This document shows, in pieces, positions 46,934-58,293 of a stretch of DNA of 64,000 bases. How positions within the stretch are numbered: the stretch's first letter is position 1; the number at the start of each line of letters is the position of its first letter. The stretch comes from a candidate division WOR-3 bacterium (GTDB taxonomy: Bacteria; Hydrothermota; 32-111). The notes under the pieces were generated by a model. That model searched no databases. It was not told the DNA's origin and was given only the letters and a program-made list of their open reading frames with translations. A program made the translations under genes and the position numbers. The stretch lies in contig JBDRZU010000001.1 of the NCBI GenBank assembly GCA_039804105.1, positions 192,001 through 256,000 of the forward strand, read 5' to 3'.

Positions 46934-49900
46934 TTGAAAAAGATTTTTTGTTTTTATCTATCGATTTTCTTGTTTTTTACATTACTCAATTCTCTTGAAC
47001 TAAAAGATATTGAGTTTTTTAAAAAATATTCAAAAAAGAATGTAGATTTTTTCATAAAGGCAAATCAGAAAATATATGATTTAAAAAAAAGTAACCCTAT
47101 CTTTTTCCAGCCATCAAAAAGAAGTATTATAGATTTTCAAAAAAAGGGCCAGGATACAATAAGAGTTCTTGTTTTGAAAGTTGAATTTATTGAGGATACC
47201 ACATCTTTAACAACTGGTAACGGGAAAATGGATTTAAGAAGATCAATCGAAAGCATTTATGTAATAGATACGATCATTCAGGGAAGTGATACTCTCATCG
47301 ATACGAGTATGAATATCTACTATAAACCACCACACGATTCATTATATTTTTACCGACAGATGGAAGCTTTGAGAAACTATTATCTTGATGATTCAAGGGG
47401 TAAACTCTATATTGATTTTGAAATATACCCCAAAGGGCTTTATGATTGTTATACTGTAAAACATCAGATGCAGTTTTATGGTGATACTCTTAATATCGTA
47501 TATGGAATGTTTTATCTTTTAAGGGATGCTTTAAAAGAAGCCGAAATTTCTGGTGGAATAGATTTTAACAAATTTGATGCTGTTATCGTTTTCCATGCAG
47601 GAAGTATGTGGCAAACAGATTACTATGGAGATTCTCCTTTTGATCTACCTGCTGTTTATATTCAGGGAGCTTCCTACATTTTTGGTGAACCTATAACTGT
47701 TGGTGGTAAAAGTTTTGAGGATGGTATAATTTATTCTGAAACTGCTATACAAGACGGCGGTTATGCATTTATTCAAGGTGGACTTGTTCATGAATTCGCC
47801 CATCAACTTGGGATATTTGATATGTATGATACCTCAAACAGAAGGATGGGTATGGGTGGATGGAATTTACAGGGGACAGGTAACTGGAATCTTGCAGGCC
47901 TCGTGCCGCCACATCAGGGTGGTTATAATAGTGTGAGTAGATTCAATACAAAACCTAACAATGATTATTTTAATTGGATCTATTTTAACCAGACGAAAAC
48001 TGTATTTAAAGATACAACAGGTCTAAGAATCAAATATCTTGGTTCTGATGAGGACACTTCAATCAAATTTTATAAAATTCCATTAAATTCACACGAATAT
48101 TTCTTGATCGAAAATAGATACGCTTACTCTTCAAAGGATACTTTATCAAATGTTCCAGATTCGAATGGATTTAGAGTTTGGAAAGATGGAGTTCTTGTAA
48201 AGATTAACGATTACGATATATCATTACCATGTCCAATAGATTCAGGTGGTCTTGCGATTTATCATGTCGACGAAACTATCATCGTAAACGATTCTGGATA
48301 TAATATGATCAATGCTGGTCCTATACTCGGTGTTGATATGGAAGAAGCAGATAGAGTTCAGGATTTTGAACTCTCATTTTATGATGTTGTTGATTGGGAT
48401 AAAACATTTTATGGAACATATGAAGATCTTTTCAGATCTGGTGGTGTATCAAATCAGTTTACACCCAAAACATATCCAAACACAGATGCAAATAATTTCG
48501 GAAAAACACATATTTATATATACAACATATCGAGTTCAGATACTGTTATGTCTTTTTCTGTTTTGTTTGATTTAAGAAGAGAAGGGTTTCCGTTTAAGTT
48601 AAAATCAGCTCCTGATGTGAATAGTCCAAAAGTTCTAAAAAAAGATGGGAAATATTATATCCTAATTCAAACCGAAAATGGAGAGTTATACGCACTTGAT
48701 AAAGATGGGAAACCACTCTCTGGTTCAACAGGTATTGTAGGGAATTTTAATGTGAATTCTTTTTCATATTCAACGATTGCAATCGGAAATATTGCAAACA
48801 CTAATGGTGATGAAATATCATTTACCGACTATGATGGAAATGTTTACCTTCTTAGAACAGACACTTTAAATCCAGCAGGATATTTCTTACCATTAAAAAA
48901 CTCTCCGGTTAATCTTGATGGTAAAATTGTTTCTTCACCTGTACTTTATGATATAGATAAAGATGGTTTTGAAGAAGTTTTGATAACCTCTGAAAACATG
49001 TATCTTTATCTACTCGATTATGACTCATCATTAGGATTTTATAAAAAAGATTCAACATTTTTAAATTCCTCATCTTGGTCTTTACCTGTTGTTCTTGAAG
49101 ACAAAATAGTAACTCTTGGCTTTGATGGTGTTGTAAGATTTTTTGATTTTGATCTGAAAGAACTCTATTATTCAAAAACTGAATATCCATATCCGACAAC
49201 ATCATCGCCTATTGCTATTGATATTGATGGAGATTCTACAATTGAAATTGTTTTCATAAGAGGGGATGGGACTTTCTTTGTGGTTTCTTCACTTTCAGGA
49301 GAGATAAAAAGTTCGAAGAAACTTCCTTTTGATAACTTTTATTCTTCTCCTGTTCCAATAGATTATAACAACGATGGACTTTTTGAAATCGCATTGATAG
49401 TACAAAAAAATCTATATCTTCTTGATTGTAATGGAAACATTGTGAACGGTTTTCCCAAACGATTTTCTGATGAAATCCAATCTTCACCTTTATCTGTTGA
49501 CCTTGATGATGATGGTATAAACGAGATTCTTGTACATACAAAAAATGGACTCCTTGTTTCATTTTCAAATAAAACTCAAACACCAGGATTTCCTTTAGCA
49601 ACTGGCCAATATTCTAATTCAACACCACTTGTTTGTGATCTCGACAATGATTCACTTGTTGACATAATTGCCTGTGTTGATTCAACAATTATTGCTTATG
49701 AGTTAAAATCTAAAATTAATGGTAAAAATTGGAACAGTTTACATTATTCTGATTCAAACAATAGATATTTTAAATATTCGTCTAACAAAATTTCAGGAGA
49801 TCTGCTTTTAGTTGAAGATGGAAACAATTATATGTATCCTAATCCAACAAAAGGTAAAATAAAATTAAGATTTTCAACTCAAACAGCAAAAGAATATTCT

Positions 49901-50086
49901 TTTATGGTATTTGATCAAAGTAAAACATTGAAATATTCCTCTCCTACTTATAAAGCAAAAGTAGGAGTTAATGAAGTGGATCTTTCTTTAGATTTTCTTG
50001 CCCCGGGTTTTTACAAACTCAGATTAATGCTCACCGATGGAGAGAAAAATCTTTATAGAAATTTTAATTTTGGAGTTATAAGATGA
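46934..50086 (+). CDS. Secreted M6 (immune inhibitor A-like) metalloprotease with FG-GAP/VCBS repeats and T9SS-type C-terminal domain
   Basis: VFHAG, HEFAHQLGIFDMYD, EYFLIENR, GLAIYHVD; DIDKDGFEE/DIDGDSTIE/DLDDDGINE repeats; YPNP...LAPGFY.L tail. Confidence 0.85.
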   Translation: MKKIFCFYLSIFLFFTLLNSLELKDIEFFKKYSKKNVDFFIKANQKIYDLKKSNPIFFQPSKRSIIDFQKKGQDTIRVLVLKVEFIEDTTSLTTGNGKMDLRRSIESIYVIDTIIQGSDTLIDTSMNIYYKPPHDSLYFYRQMEALRNYYLDDSRGKLYIDFEIYPKGLYDCYTVKHQMQFYGDTLNIVYGMFYLLRDALKEAEISGGIDFNKFDAVIVFHAGSMWQTDYYGDSPFDLPAVYIQGASYIFGEPITVGGKSFEDGIIYSETAIQDGGYAFIQGGLVHEFAHQLGIFDMYDTSNRRMGMGGWNLQGTGNWNLAGLVPPHQGGYNSVSRFNTKPNNDYFNWIYFNQTKTVFKDTTGLRIKYLGSDEDTSIKFYKIPLNSHEYFLIENRYAYSSKDTLSNVPDSNGFRVWKDGVLVKINDYDISLPCPIDSGGLAIYHVDETIIVNDSGYNMINAGPILGVDMEEADRVQDFELSFYDVVDWDKTFYGTYEDLFRSGGVSNQFTPKTYPNTDANNFGKTHIYIYNISSSDTVMSFSVLFDLRREGFPFKLKSAPDVNSPKVLKKDGKYYILIQTENGELYALDKDGKPLSGSTGIVGNFNVNSFSYSTIAIGNIANTNGDEISFTDYDGNVYLLRTDTLNPAGYFLPLKNSPVNLDGKIVSSPVLYDIDKDGFEEVLITSENMYLYLLDYDSSLGFYKKDSTFLNSSSWSLPVVLEDKIVTLGFDGVVRFFDFDLKELYYSKTEYPYPTTSSPIAIDIDGDSTIEIVFIRGDGTFFVVSSLSGEIKSSKKLPFDNFYSSPVPIDYNNDGLFEIALIVQKNLYLLDCNGNIVNGFPKRFSDEIQSSPLSVDLDDDGINEILVHTKNGLLVSFSNKTQTPGFPLATGQYSNSTPLVCDLDNDSLVDIIACVDSTIIAYELKSKINGKNWNSLHYSDSNNRYFKYSSNKISGDLLLVEDGNNYMYPNPTKGKIKLRFSTQTAKEYSFMVFDQSKTLKYSSPTYKAKVGVNEVDLSLDFLAPGFYKLRLMLTDGEKNLYRNFNFGVIR

Positions 50087-50721
50087 AAAAATTATTACTG
50101 ATAATCATTTTTCCATTTTTGATATTTTCACAGGTTCAAAAGGAAGTTATATTCGATGCAGGGAAATCGCTGATAATCCCTGGTTATGGGTTGTGGAGTA
50201 TAGATAAGAAAATAAATTCCATTCCCTTTATTGCTTCTGAAGTAATACTTTTACCCTTATTTTCCTATTTGACAATAAATTCAAAACAAACAAATGAGGA
50301 TGCTTTAAACTTTGCATCCTATATCCTTTCAAAGAATGTTTCAAATTATCCTCAAAATCTTTTAACAAAGATGGAATTTTACACTTCGTATAAAGAATAC
50401 AACACAAAAATCATTACAAAAGCAAGAACACTCTATCCTGATGATTATGAAAAACAACTCGATTATATAAACAAAAATATTGTTCCTGATTCTCTTGGAT
50501 GGGAATTTTCTTCAGATTCCACGAGATTGTTCTATTCTGATCTCAGAAAAAATTCAAGAGAGTTGAAACAATTATCTTACTACACTCTTGTAGCAATTTC
50601 ACTTAACCATATAATCAGTGGAATATACACTTACTTTGTATCAAGTGAAAAAAGAAGAATTAATTTTGAAAGTGAAGTTGATTTTAATGGTTTAAAATTT
50701 AGTATTGGAGTGAAATTTTGA
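50083..50721 (+). CDS. Hypothetical membrane protein (SL..PG.G motif)
   Basis: Signal peptide, KSLIIPGYG, terminal FSIGVKF. Confidence 0.65.
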   Translation: MKKLLLIIIFPFLIFSQVQKEVIFDAGKSLIIPGYGLWSIDKKINSIPFIASEVILLPLFSYLTINSKQTNEDALNFASYILSKNVSNYPQNLLTKMEFYTSYKEYNTKIITKARTLYPDDYEKQLDYINKNIVPDSLGWEFSSDSTRLFYSDLRKNSRELKQLSYYTLVAISLNHIISGIYTYFVSSEKRRINFESEVDFNGLKFSIGVKF

Positions 50722-51215
50722 TAGGAATAATAAAAAATTTTTTTAAAGGTTTTTTCCAGAATGTTTATGACACACTTTCAATAATGGGAGTTTTTAAATA
50801 TTTTGATATTCTTTTTGTAAAATCAAAAGGGGAAAAAATTGAATTTTTTAAAGATTACTATAAAAGGAATAAACTCCTTATTCTTATTTTTTTATCACTC
50901 CTTTTACTTGTTTTTATAGTTTTTGAATTCAATTTGAATAAACCGATCGCAGCACTTTTAATACTCCTTGTTGGAATGATAACCCATATGTTTACTGAAC
51001 TCTTAGCGCTTCTTGCTCTTGTTCCTATTATTGGTCCTGTTCTTGTTAAAATTATATCTTTACCTTTTATAATCCTTTTAAATGGAATAACATACCTTGT
51101 GAGTTTCTTTGCTTTGAGAAAAGGTTATAAAATGGAAATGTTAAAATCAAGATCTTTTACAACAACTCTTCTTCTAGGTATCCTTATAGGGTACATTTTG
51201 GGGAAAATAATATGA
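50718..51215 (+). CDS. Hypothetical integral membrane protein
   Basis: Several hydrophobic helices; 4-nt overlaps on both sides. Confidence 0.7.
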   Translation: MIGIIKNFFKGFFQNVYDTLSIMGVFKYFDILFVKSKGEKIEFFKDYYKRNKLLILIFLSLLLLVFIVFEFNLNKPIAALLILLVGMITHMFTELLALLALVPIIGPVLVKIISLPFIILLNGITYLVSFFALRKGYKMEMLKSRSFTTTLLLGILIGYILGKII

Positions 51216-54037
51216 AAAAAATGATCTTTCTTTTTCTTTTTGTAATTTCTCTTTCAACATTTTCTCAAACAACCAATTTTGGAAAAAATAAAATCCAATA
51301 TAAAGATTATAATTGGAAAGTGGGATATACTGAGCATTTCAACATTTACTACTACCAGGGTGCAGAATCTTTGTTCAATTTTGTTTCAATAGTTGCTGAA
51401 TCATCGATAGCAAGATTGCAAGAAGAGTTCAACTACAAAATAAAAAATAAAATACCTATCGTTCTTTACAATTCACATAAAGATTTTGAAGAAACAAACA
51501 TAACAGTTGAAATTCTTGATGAATTTGTTGGTGGTTTTACAGAATCTGTTAAAAACAGAGTAGTTTTACCTTTTACAGGGTCTTATGAAGATTTAAGACA
51601 TGTTGTAAACCATGAGTTGGTTCACGCTCTACAATTTCAACTTCTGTATGAGGGGAGTGGGACATCAGCGATAATTGGATCAGTTGTTTACGATATTCCT
51701 TTGTGGTTTATTGAAGGTTCCGCTGAGTTCTATTCTGTTGAATTTGATGAAGAGAGTGATATGTATATGAGAGACGCGATATTGAATGATGGTTATATTG
51801 ATCTTGTTACACTTTCTTCTTATTATGGGGGGTATTATATATATAAAGCTGGACAGATGGTTTTAAAATACATTTCAGAAAAATATGGTAGAGAAAAAAT
51901 ACCTGAAATCTATAAGGATATAAAGAATACAAAATCATTTTATAGATCACTCGAAAAAAAGTGTGGAATAAATATTGAAAAACTTGATTCTGATTTTAAA
52001 GTTTATTTAAAAGAAAGATATTTCCCACTCGTCAAAGAAAGAGAACTTGTTGTATCTGGTGGAAAATCGGTTCTTGGTGATTTTATTAAAACTTCCAACT
52101 ACAATGTTTCACCTTCGATATCTCCAGATGGTAACTATGTTGCTTTCATAAGTGAGAAATATGGTTATTTTGATATATATATCCTTCCAGTTTTTAATCC
52201 CGATAAAAAAAAGAAAATTTTACCAAGAAATTTTGTGAGAAACTATGAGTCGTTTCATCTCGATTATGGGAATCTCAACTGGTCAAAAGATAGTAAATAT
52301 CTTGTTTTTTCTGTAAGAGCAGGGAAGGATGAAATAATATTTTTGTATGATGTTGAAAAAGAAAAGATTTCCCAAAAAATCAAAATCAACGCTGACGGAG
52401 TTTATTCTCCATCCCTTGATCCTGATAACAAGAGAATAGTTTATACAAAACAGATTGATGGAAGAAACGATATATGTATATATGACCTGAAAAAAGCGAA
52501 AGAAGAGGTGTTAACCGAAGATATTTTTGATGATATTTCTCCTTTCTTTTATAACGATTCGACGATCATTTTTTTAAGTGATAGAGAATTTCTTGAAGGT
52601 GTCTGGAACTATGGTGATTATAAACTTTACAAATTATATTTGCATTCGAAAAGGGTCGAAAAAGTTGAAATTGGTTATAAACTCGGAAAAAGGTTTTACC
52701 CTGTGAATGATTCATTGATTATTTTTTCCTCTTACATCGATTTTGTATCGGATGTTTATCTTTACAATCTAAAAACAAAGGAAATAAGAAGGTTAACAAA
52801 TAGTGTAACCGGATTATTCAACCCTACAATCACATCAGATCTCTCAAAGATGACAGTATCCTATTTTAGAAGATTTTCAATGGATGTTATTTTAATACAG
52901 GATCCAGTTGAAAAAAAATATGAAATAAAAAATGAAAAAAGTTTTAACGATTATGTTTTAAAAAGTGTTAATTTTGAAAACAAAAAAACTGTTTATCAAT
53001 CGAAAAACATACCCTTGACATTTTCAGTTGATTGGGCAGCAGGTGCCTTTTCATACTCACCAATCTCTGGATTTTTAGGACTCTTGGATATTGGTATCAG
53101 CGATATCATGGGTGACAACAGAATATATATTCAGATGCAAAAACTTTCGATTACAGGAACAGGTTATTTTTCATTACAGTACTGGTATTTGAAAAATAGG
53201 TTGGATTTTGCTTTTCTCTATTTCAACCTCAAAGAGGAATATCTTTACAACTTTTATTCAACCGTCTCACAATCTTATAATGGTGGTGGAATACTTTTAA
53301 GATATCCTATAGATAGATACAAAAGGATCGACTTTGAGAATGACATTTTCAAGTATTCTTTAGATTTTAACGAATATTATATTGATACGACCGTTGTTAC
53401 AAACATTTATTCATCTCTTTTTACCAATCACATTCTTTCATTTATTTATGATAATGCGATATGGGGAGAGTATGGACCAGTTAACGGAGAACTCGCAAGG
53501 TTTGATCTTGGTTTTTCTCTTGATCTTTTAACAGATAGTTCAAATTTATCTTATAACGGTGGGTTCTATTCATTCGATTTGAGAAAATATTTTGTAACAA
53601 CTCCCAGAACTCAGTTCGCAACTAAATTCTACTACTCTCAAAATTTTGGTCCATATCCCATGTACTCTTATCTTGGAGGTGCAGGCAGTTTAAGAGGTTA
53701 CTCTGATAATCAGTTCTTTGGTAAAATTGTTGGTTATTCTAATAATGAATGGAGATTCCCTTTAATAGATGCGATCAAATTTTCATTTTTTAACATTGGA
53801 CTTTACAACATAAGAGGAGTTGTCTTTACTGATTTAGGATTTGCAAAGGATGATTTAAAAAAGTTAAGGTTGATAACATCAGATTTTCTTCTTGATGATC
53901 TAAAATTAGGATTTGGAATAGGAGTAAGGATGAACCTCTACCTTGCAATTTTAAAATTTGATATAGCAAAAAATACAGATTTATGGAGAATTTCAAAAGA
54001 AACCTATTATCATCTTTCATTTGGATCAGATTTTTAA
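51212..54037 (+). CDS. Omp85-family protein with N-terminal MA-clan metallopeptidase and PD40 beta-propeller
   Basis: FGKNKIQY, HELVH...WFIEGSAE, SPSISPDG repeats, LGGAGSLRGY, GFGIGVR, terminal SFGSDF. Confidence 0.85.
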   Translation: MKKMIFLFLFVISLSTFSQTTNFGKNKIQYKDYNWKVGYTEHFNIYYYQGAESLFNFVSIVAESSIARLQEEFNYKIKNKIPIVLYNSHKDFEETNITVEILDEFVGGFTESVKNRVVLPFTGSYEDLRHVVNHELVHALQFQLLYEGSGTSAIIGSVVYDIPLWFIEGSAEFYSVEFDEESDMYMRDAILNDGYIDLVTLSSYYGGYYIYKAGQMVLKYISEKYGREKIPEIYKDIKNTKSFYRSLEKKCGINIEKLDSDFKVYLKERYFPLVKERELVVSGGKSVLGDFIKTSNYNVSPSISPDGNYVAFISEKYGYFDIYILPVFNPDKKKKILPRNFVRNYESFHLDYGNLNWSKDSKYLVFSVRAGKDEIIFLYDVEKEKISQKIKINADGVYSPSLDPDNKRIVYTKQIDGRNDICIYDLKKAKEEVLTEDIFDDISPFFYNDSTIIFLSDREFLEGVWNYGDYKLYKLYLHSKRVEKVEIGYKLGKRFYPVNDSLIIFSSYIDFVSDVYLYNLKTKEIRRLTNSVTGLFNPTITSDLSKMTVSYFRRFSMDVILIQDPVEKKYEIKNEKSFNDYVLKSVNFENKKTVYQSKNIPLTFSVDWAAGAFSYSPISGFLGLLDIGISDIMGDNRIYIQMQKLSITGTGYFSLQYWYLKNRLDFAFLYFNLKEEYLYNFYSTVSQSYNGGGILLRYPIDRYKRIDFENDIFKYSLDFNEYYIDTTVVTNIYSSLFTNHILSFIYDNAIWGEYGPVNGELARFDLGFSLDLLTDSSNLSYNGGFYSFDLRKYFVTTPRTQFATKFYYSQNFGPYPMYSYLGGAGSLRGYSDNQFFGKIVGYSNNEWRFPLIDAIKFSFFNIGLYNIRGVVFTDLGFAKDDLKKLRLITSDFLLDDLKLGFGIGVRMNLYLAILKFDIAKNTDLWRISKETYYHLSFGSDF

Positions 54038-57000
54038 CATTATTTATCTTTCTATTTTCTTTTATAGAGAGTAGAGAGATGAAACCGATATACTCTTTAA
54101 AGGATGAGTATGGTTATATAAAAATTGTTTCAAACTATCAATTGGTTTCTGAAAAACCAGGTTTCCCCCAGATCCCTGTTATCAGGGAACTTGATGTTGA
54201 TGGAATATATGAAATCAAAGTTATAAAAGAGGAAAGTTTACAATTAAATAAAAGATTACTTCCAATATTTGAACCAGTTAGCAAAAACAAAATTTTTGAA
54301 ACTAATATTAAACCTGACGAAAATATTTATAATTATAACAAAAAACTTATTGAAAAAGATTTTTCATATAAAAATAATGTTCTGGAAATATATCCTTTTG
54401 ATTATATACCTTCAAGAAACATTTTGATTGTAAAAACTATAAAGATCGATTATTCAAAAAAAAAGTTGGATAAAACAATAAACAGAAAAGTTTTGATAAT
54501 ATATGATTCAATTTTTAAAAATGATACCTTAAATTTAAAAAGTTTTTATCTGATACGTGGTTATCAACCAATACTTGAAAATAAAATAAATATTGGTTCA
54601 ACTGCATTTGATATAAAAAACTTTATAAAATCAAAATATAACCTTGAACCATTTTCATTTTTACTTCTTCTTGGCAATTCAATGATGATTCCTTTTGAAT
54701 ATGGAACAGGGGATAACGCTTCTCCTACGGATCTTTACTATTCTCTTCTTGATACTATCGATTATTTCCCGGATATAGTGGTTTCTCGGTTACCATTTTC
54801 TGATACAACATCTTTAAAAAATTATTTGAACAACTACAAAAACTTTCTTTTAAACGATGATCTTTATAGAACCCCTTCTTCATATTTTATTGCAACTGAT
54901 GATGGAGGTTATCATCAACTCGTTGAATCAACACACATCTATTCGATGAATATTTTAAGAAATGTTAATTTTCTCACTGACTCATTTTTCGCTTATTATC
55001 AAACCGGTACCAGAATAGACACTGCTATAAATAGAGGGAAAGATATAGTTGTTTATTCAGGACATGGAGCCACATATTACTGGGCTGGACCGAGTTTTTA
55101 TGATTCAGATATTGAGAATTTACAGAATTCGATTTTCCCAGATATATTTTCATTTGCATGTCTGACTGGTAATTTTTCTTATGTAAACTTTTTTGGTAAC
55201 AGTTGGCTTTCAAAAAATTCCAAAGGTTCAATTTCCTTTGTTGGTTCATCAGTTGAAACTTATTGGATTGAAGATGATGTTTTACAGAGATATTTTGTCG
55301 ATTCTTTAAAAAATTTTGGGTACATTTTTGATATTTACAACAAAGCAAAAAAATCTTATTTCAACTATTTTGGGGATAACTCATTAACGAGGGGTTATTT
55401 TGAAAGATACAACTTTTTCTCAACACCTGAAAGATTTTTGGGAAATAGATCGATTTACAATTTTTCAAAAGTTTTTGATAGGTACACTACATTTAACAAG
55501 ACTTTTGAGGTGAATATCGATTTTAATGGAAGTTTGAATTCACCTATTTTTATTGGGCTTTTTAAAAATAGTGCACTTTTAATCGATTCAAACTTTTTAA
55601 GTTCACCTTCCACCCTTTATCTCAATACAACCTCAATTGCAGGGGATACACTTACATTGTATACATTCATTGAAGGAAGAAAACTTTTCTGCGATACGAT
55701 TATTTTAATCGATACTGGTCCTTTTGTAACCTTGAAGGAGTATTTTTTAACAGATTACTATCTTGATTCTTTCTTTTTTGATTTAACATTTAAAAACTTT
55801 GGAGATACACCATCAGATTCCTCAAAGGTATTTTTTAGAAGCGGATCATCAAATATAGAGATATTAACCGATACATTGAAGATACCACCACTTGAAAGTG
55901 AATCACTGTATAAATTTGAGAAAGGATTGATTTTAAAAATAAAAGATTTTACAGATTCTTTGATAAGCGATATCTGTTCAGTTTTTACAATTTCAGCAAA
56001 CGATACAATTATAAGTAGTATACCTTTGAGTATTATGACTCCAGATTTCTCGATCAGTTTTCTTTATTCAGTGTATGAAAATGATACTTTAAAAGGTATT
56101 CCTAAAAATCTGTATTCAAAAGTATTATTCAAAATTGATAACAATTCACTTCTTCAGGTGAAAGATTTAAAAATTTTAATTTCCTCGTCTGATCTTTATA
56201 TAGAAAATCAAGAATACATCATCGAATCATTTATGCCAAAAACTTCAACTGTTATTAGTTTTGATGTTTTTTCTCCATCAAACCTTTCAAAAGTTTGTAA
56301 GATATCCTTTAAAATAAAAATGGGTGATTGGGAAAAGGTTGTTGAACAAACATTACCTTTAATTTACATAAAAAAGCCACAATACTATGGTCCTTATAAA
56401 GGTTACTATATTTACACTAACAATATGGATTACCTTGAAAACTCACCAGATTTTATAGATTACAATCTCGATTCCTTGAAGTTCAAACAAATTGATACCA
56501 AAGATGATACAACATTGTTGATAAAACTTCCTTTTAAATTTAAGTTTTTTGGACTCGAAAGAGATTCTATATACTTTAACACAAACGGAATAATTTCGTT
56601 TACAAAACTTGATAATCTTTTGTTCACTCCAACAGTTTTACCATCAAATTACCTTTCCTCATTGAATTCAATTGTTTTCTGTTGGGCTGATTTCAGACCT
56701 TCGTATTATTATGATACTTACTCTAAAAATAGTGAGACATACAATAACATCTTTACATATTTTGATACAACAAACTTCTCTTATTTAATATATTTCAATA
56801 AGGTTAAAACAACCGATTATCTTGAAAATACTTTTGTGGTAGCGATAGATACTTCATCTGTTACGGTTTATTTCAAAAATGTTTCAGATGCAAACAGATT
56901 CATATCAGGTATCCAGTTTTCAGATTTCACATCACTTTCTTTTTCAGGAGATTCTTTTACAGATATAAATGGACAGAGTTTGATTAAAAATGGTGTTACT

Positions 57001-57321
57001 TTGAAATTCACTAAAGAAAAACCAAAATTGAAAAGTAAATTTTTATATGAGGTAAAAGAAGAAAAGGAAAAGGTTTCAATAGATGTTGAACCTTTATCTT
57101 CAAATAAATATTTTTATATAAATATAAAAGAGAATGGGATCTACTCTGTTGAAGTATATGATATACTTGGAAGAAAGAAAGATATTGTTCATCAGAAACT
57201 TTTATCAAAAAATATCCATAAACTTTTCATGGATATAGAGAGTGAAGGTATTAAATTTGTCGTAGTAAAAGATATTTCAGGTAAAGTAATTGCCAGGGAA
57301 AAAATAGTATTTTTAAAATAA
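53983..57321 (+). CDS. C25 (gingipain-family) cysteine peptidase with T9SS-type C-terminal domain
   Basis: PGFPQIP propeptide, LLLLG, TDLYY...PDIVVSRLP, YSGHG and FACLTG catalytic pair, VYDILGR...SEGI.FV tail. Confidence 0.85.
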   Translation: MENFKRNLLSSFIWIRFLTLFIFLFSFIESREMKPIYSLKDEYGYIKIVSNYQLVSEKPGFPQIPVIRELDVDGIYEIKVIKEESLQLNKRLLPIFEPVSKNKIFETNIKPDENIYNYNKKLIEKDFSYKNNVLEIYPFDYIPSRNILIVKTIKIDYSKKKLDKTINRKVLIIYDSIFKNDTLNLKSFYLIRGYQPILENKINIGSTAFDIKNFIKSKYNLEPFSFLLLLGNSMMIPFEYGTGDNASPTDLYYSLLDTIDYFPDIVVSRLPFSDTTSLKNYLNNYKNFLLNDDLYRTPSSYFIATDDGGYHQLVESTHIYSMNILRNVNFLTDSFFAYYQTGTRIDTAINRGKDIVVYSGHGATYYWAGPSFYDSDIENLQNSIFPDIFSFACLTGNFSYVNFFGNSWLSKNSKGSISFVGSSVETYWIEDDVLQRYFVDSLKNFGYIFDIYNKAKKSYFNYFGDNSLTRGYFERYNFFSTPERFLGNRSIYNFSKVFDRYTTFNKTFEVNIDFNGSLNSPIFIGLFKNSALLIDSNFLSSPSTLYLNTTSIAGDTLTLYTFIEGRKLFCDTIILIDTGPFVTLKEYFLTDYYLDSFFFDLTFKNFGDTPSDSSKVFFRSGSSNIEILTDTLKIPPLESESLYKFEKGLILKIKDFTDSLISDICSVFTISANDTIISSIPLSIMTPDFSISFLYSVYENDTLKGIPKNLYSKVLFKIDNNSLLQVKDLKILISSSDLYIENQEYIIESFMPKTSTVISFDVFSPSNLSKVCKISFKIKMGDWEKVVEQTLPLIYIKKPQYYGPYKGYYIYTNNMDYLENSPDFIDYNLDSLKFKQIDTKDDTTLLIKLPFKFKFFGLERDSIYFNTNGIISFTKLDNLLFTPTVLPSNYLSSLNSIVFCWADFRPSYYYDTYSKNSETYNNIFTYFDTTNFSYLIYFNKVKTTDYLENTFVVAIDTSSVTVYFKNVSDANRFISGIQFSDFTSLSFSGDSFTDINGQSLIKNGVTLKFTKEKPKLKSKFLYEVKEEKEKVSIDVEPLSSNKYFYINIKENGIYSVEVYDILGRKKDIVHQKLLSKNIHKLFMDIESEGIKFVVVKDISGKVIAREKIVFLK

Positions 57322-58290
57322 AAACGCAAGGATAAGGAAAAAAAGTACAAACAAAAAAATCAAAATAAAATATCCTTTTAAGAAAAATAAAAATTTTGTA
57401 AAAATGTTATTTTTGTAATTTTTTTTATCGTTGAATGGATTTTTTACACTTTTATTTTTTTCTTTGATTCTTGATATAATCTCTTCAAGATTTTGAAAAA
57501 AATTCACATTTATCCCATCATATTTTATTTTTTGAATGTTTATGATATTCGAGGGAGTTTTTCCAATGTAAATTATAGCGTCATAATCTTTTTTTAAACT
57601 TAGAATTTTGTTTTCTTTTAAAATTCCTGTATTGAATGTTACAGAATCATAAAGGGAAGAGATTTTCAAAGATAGGTTTTGAAGTGTTTTTGTATAATTA
57701 TCGTCGAGTAGTAAAATTTGAAACTTTGTTTTATGAAGATAGTAATTGTTGTATTCATTATCATCATTGTTGATAATTTTTACTGAATCTATATTGTTTT
57801 TCACTTCTATCTCAAAGATTGTATCCCTTTTAAACTCGATATTATAAATCTTATCTTTTACAAAGATTTTTGCTGAACATGTTGTATCAAATAGTGTGAA
57901 ATTTTTAAATATAACTTTTTTTAAAATATCATCTTGAATAACAGAATCGATTCCGAAATCAACTTTTCCTTTTAGATTAAAACTTTTTGTTTTTGAACTG
58001 ATCAAAATATCATTTTTTGAACCTGTTTCTGCAATGTAATAGGGATTTAAAGAACTAAAAAAATCTTTTATCACATCGTATTTTCTTTGCCCATTAATAA
58101 TCAGAAAATTTTCATCTTCTCTATTGATGATAATGAACTTTTGTTTATCTGGTAGAAAATATGATAGAAACATTACAAGAAAGGAAAGCAGAAAAATAAT
58201 AATCGAAAGAATAAATTTATTTTTTGAAACCCTTCTTGCTAAAAGAAATATTGCAAGAAGGGTTAAAGTTAAGGAAACAATAAAAAACAT
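57313..58290 (-). CDS. Hypothetical membrane-anchored protein
   Basis: Two N-terminal and one C-terminal TM helix; 3 nt downstream of pckA. Confidence 0.7.
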   Translation of the reverse strand: MFFIVSLTLTLLAIFLLARRVSKNKFILSIIIFLLSFLVMFLSYFLPDKQKFIIINREDENFLIINGQRKYDVIKDFFSSLNPYYIAETGSKNDILISSKTKSFNLKGKVDFGIDSVIQDDILKKVIFKNFTLFDTTCSAKIFVKDKIYNIEFKRDTIFEIEVKNNIDSVKIINNDDNEYNNYYLHKTKFQILLLDDNYTKTLQNLSLKISSLYDSVTFNTGILKENKILSLKKDYDAIIYIGKTPSNIINIQKIKYDGINVNFFQNLEEIISRIKEKNKSVKNPFNDKKNYKNNIFTKFLFFLKGYFILIFLFVLFFLILAFLF

Positions 58291-58293
58291 TTA

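Noticed and set aside
21841..54037. 50-56 nt same-strand overlaps at 21841, 44466, 45600 and 53983
   Set aside because: Best explained by compaction or uncertain start codons; no recoding signal seen.
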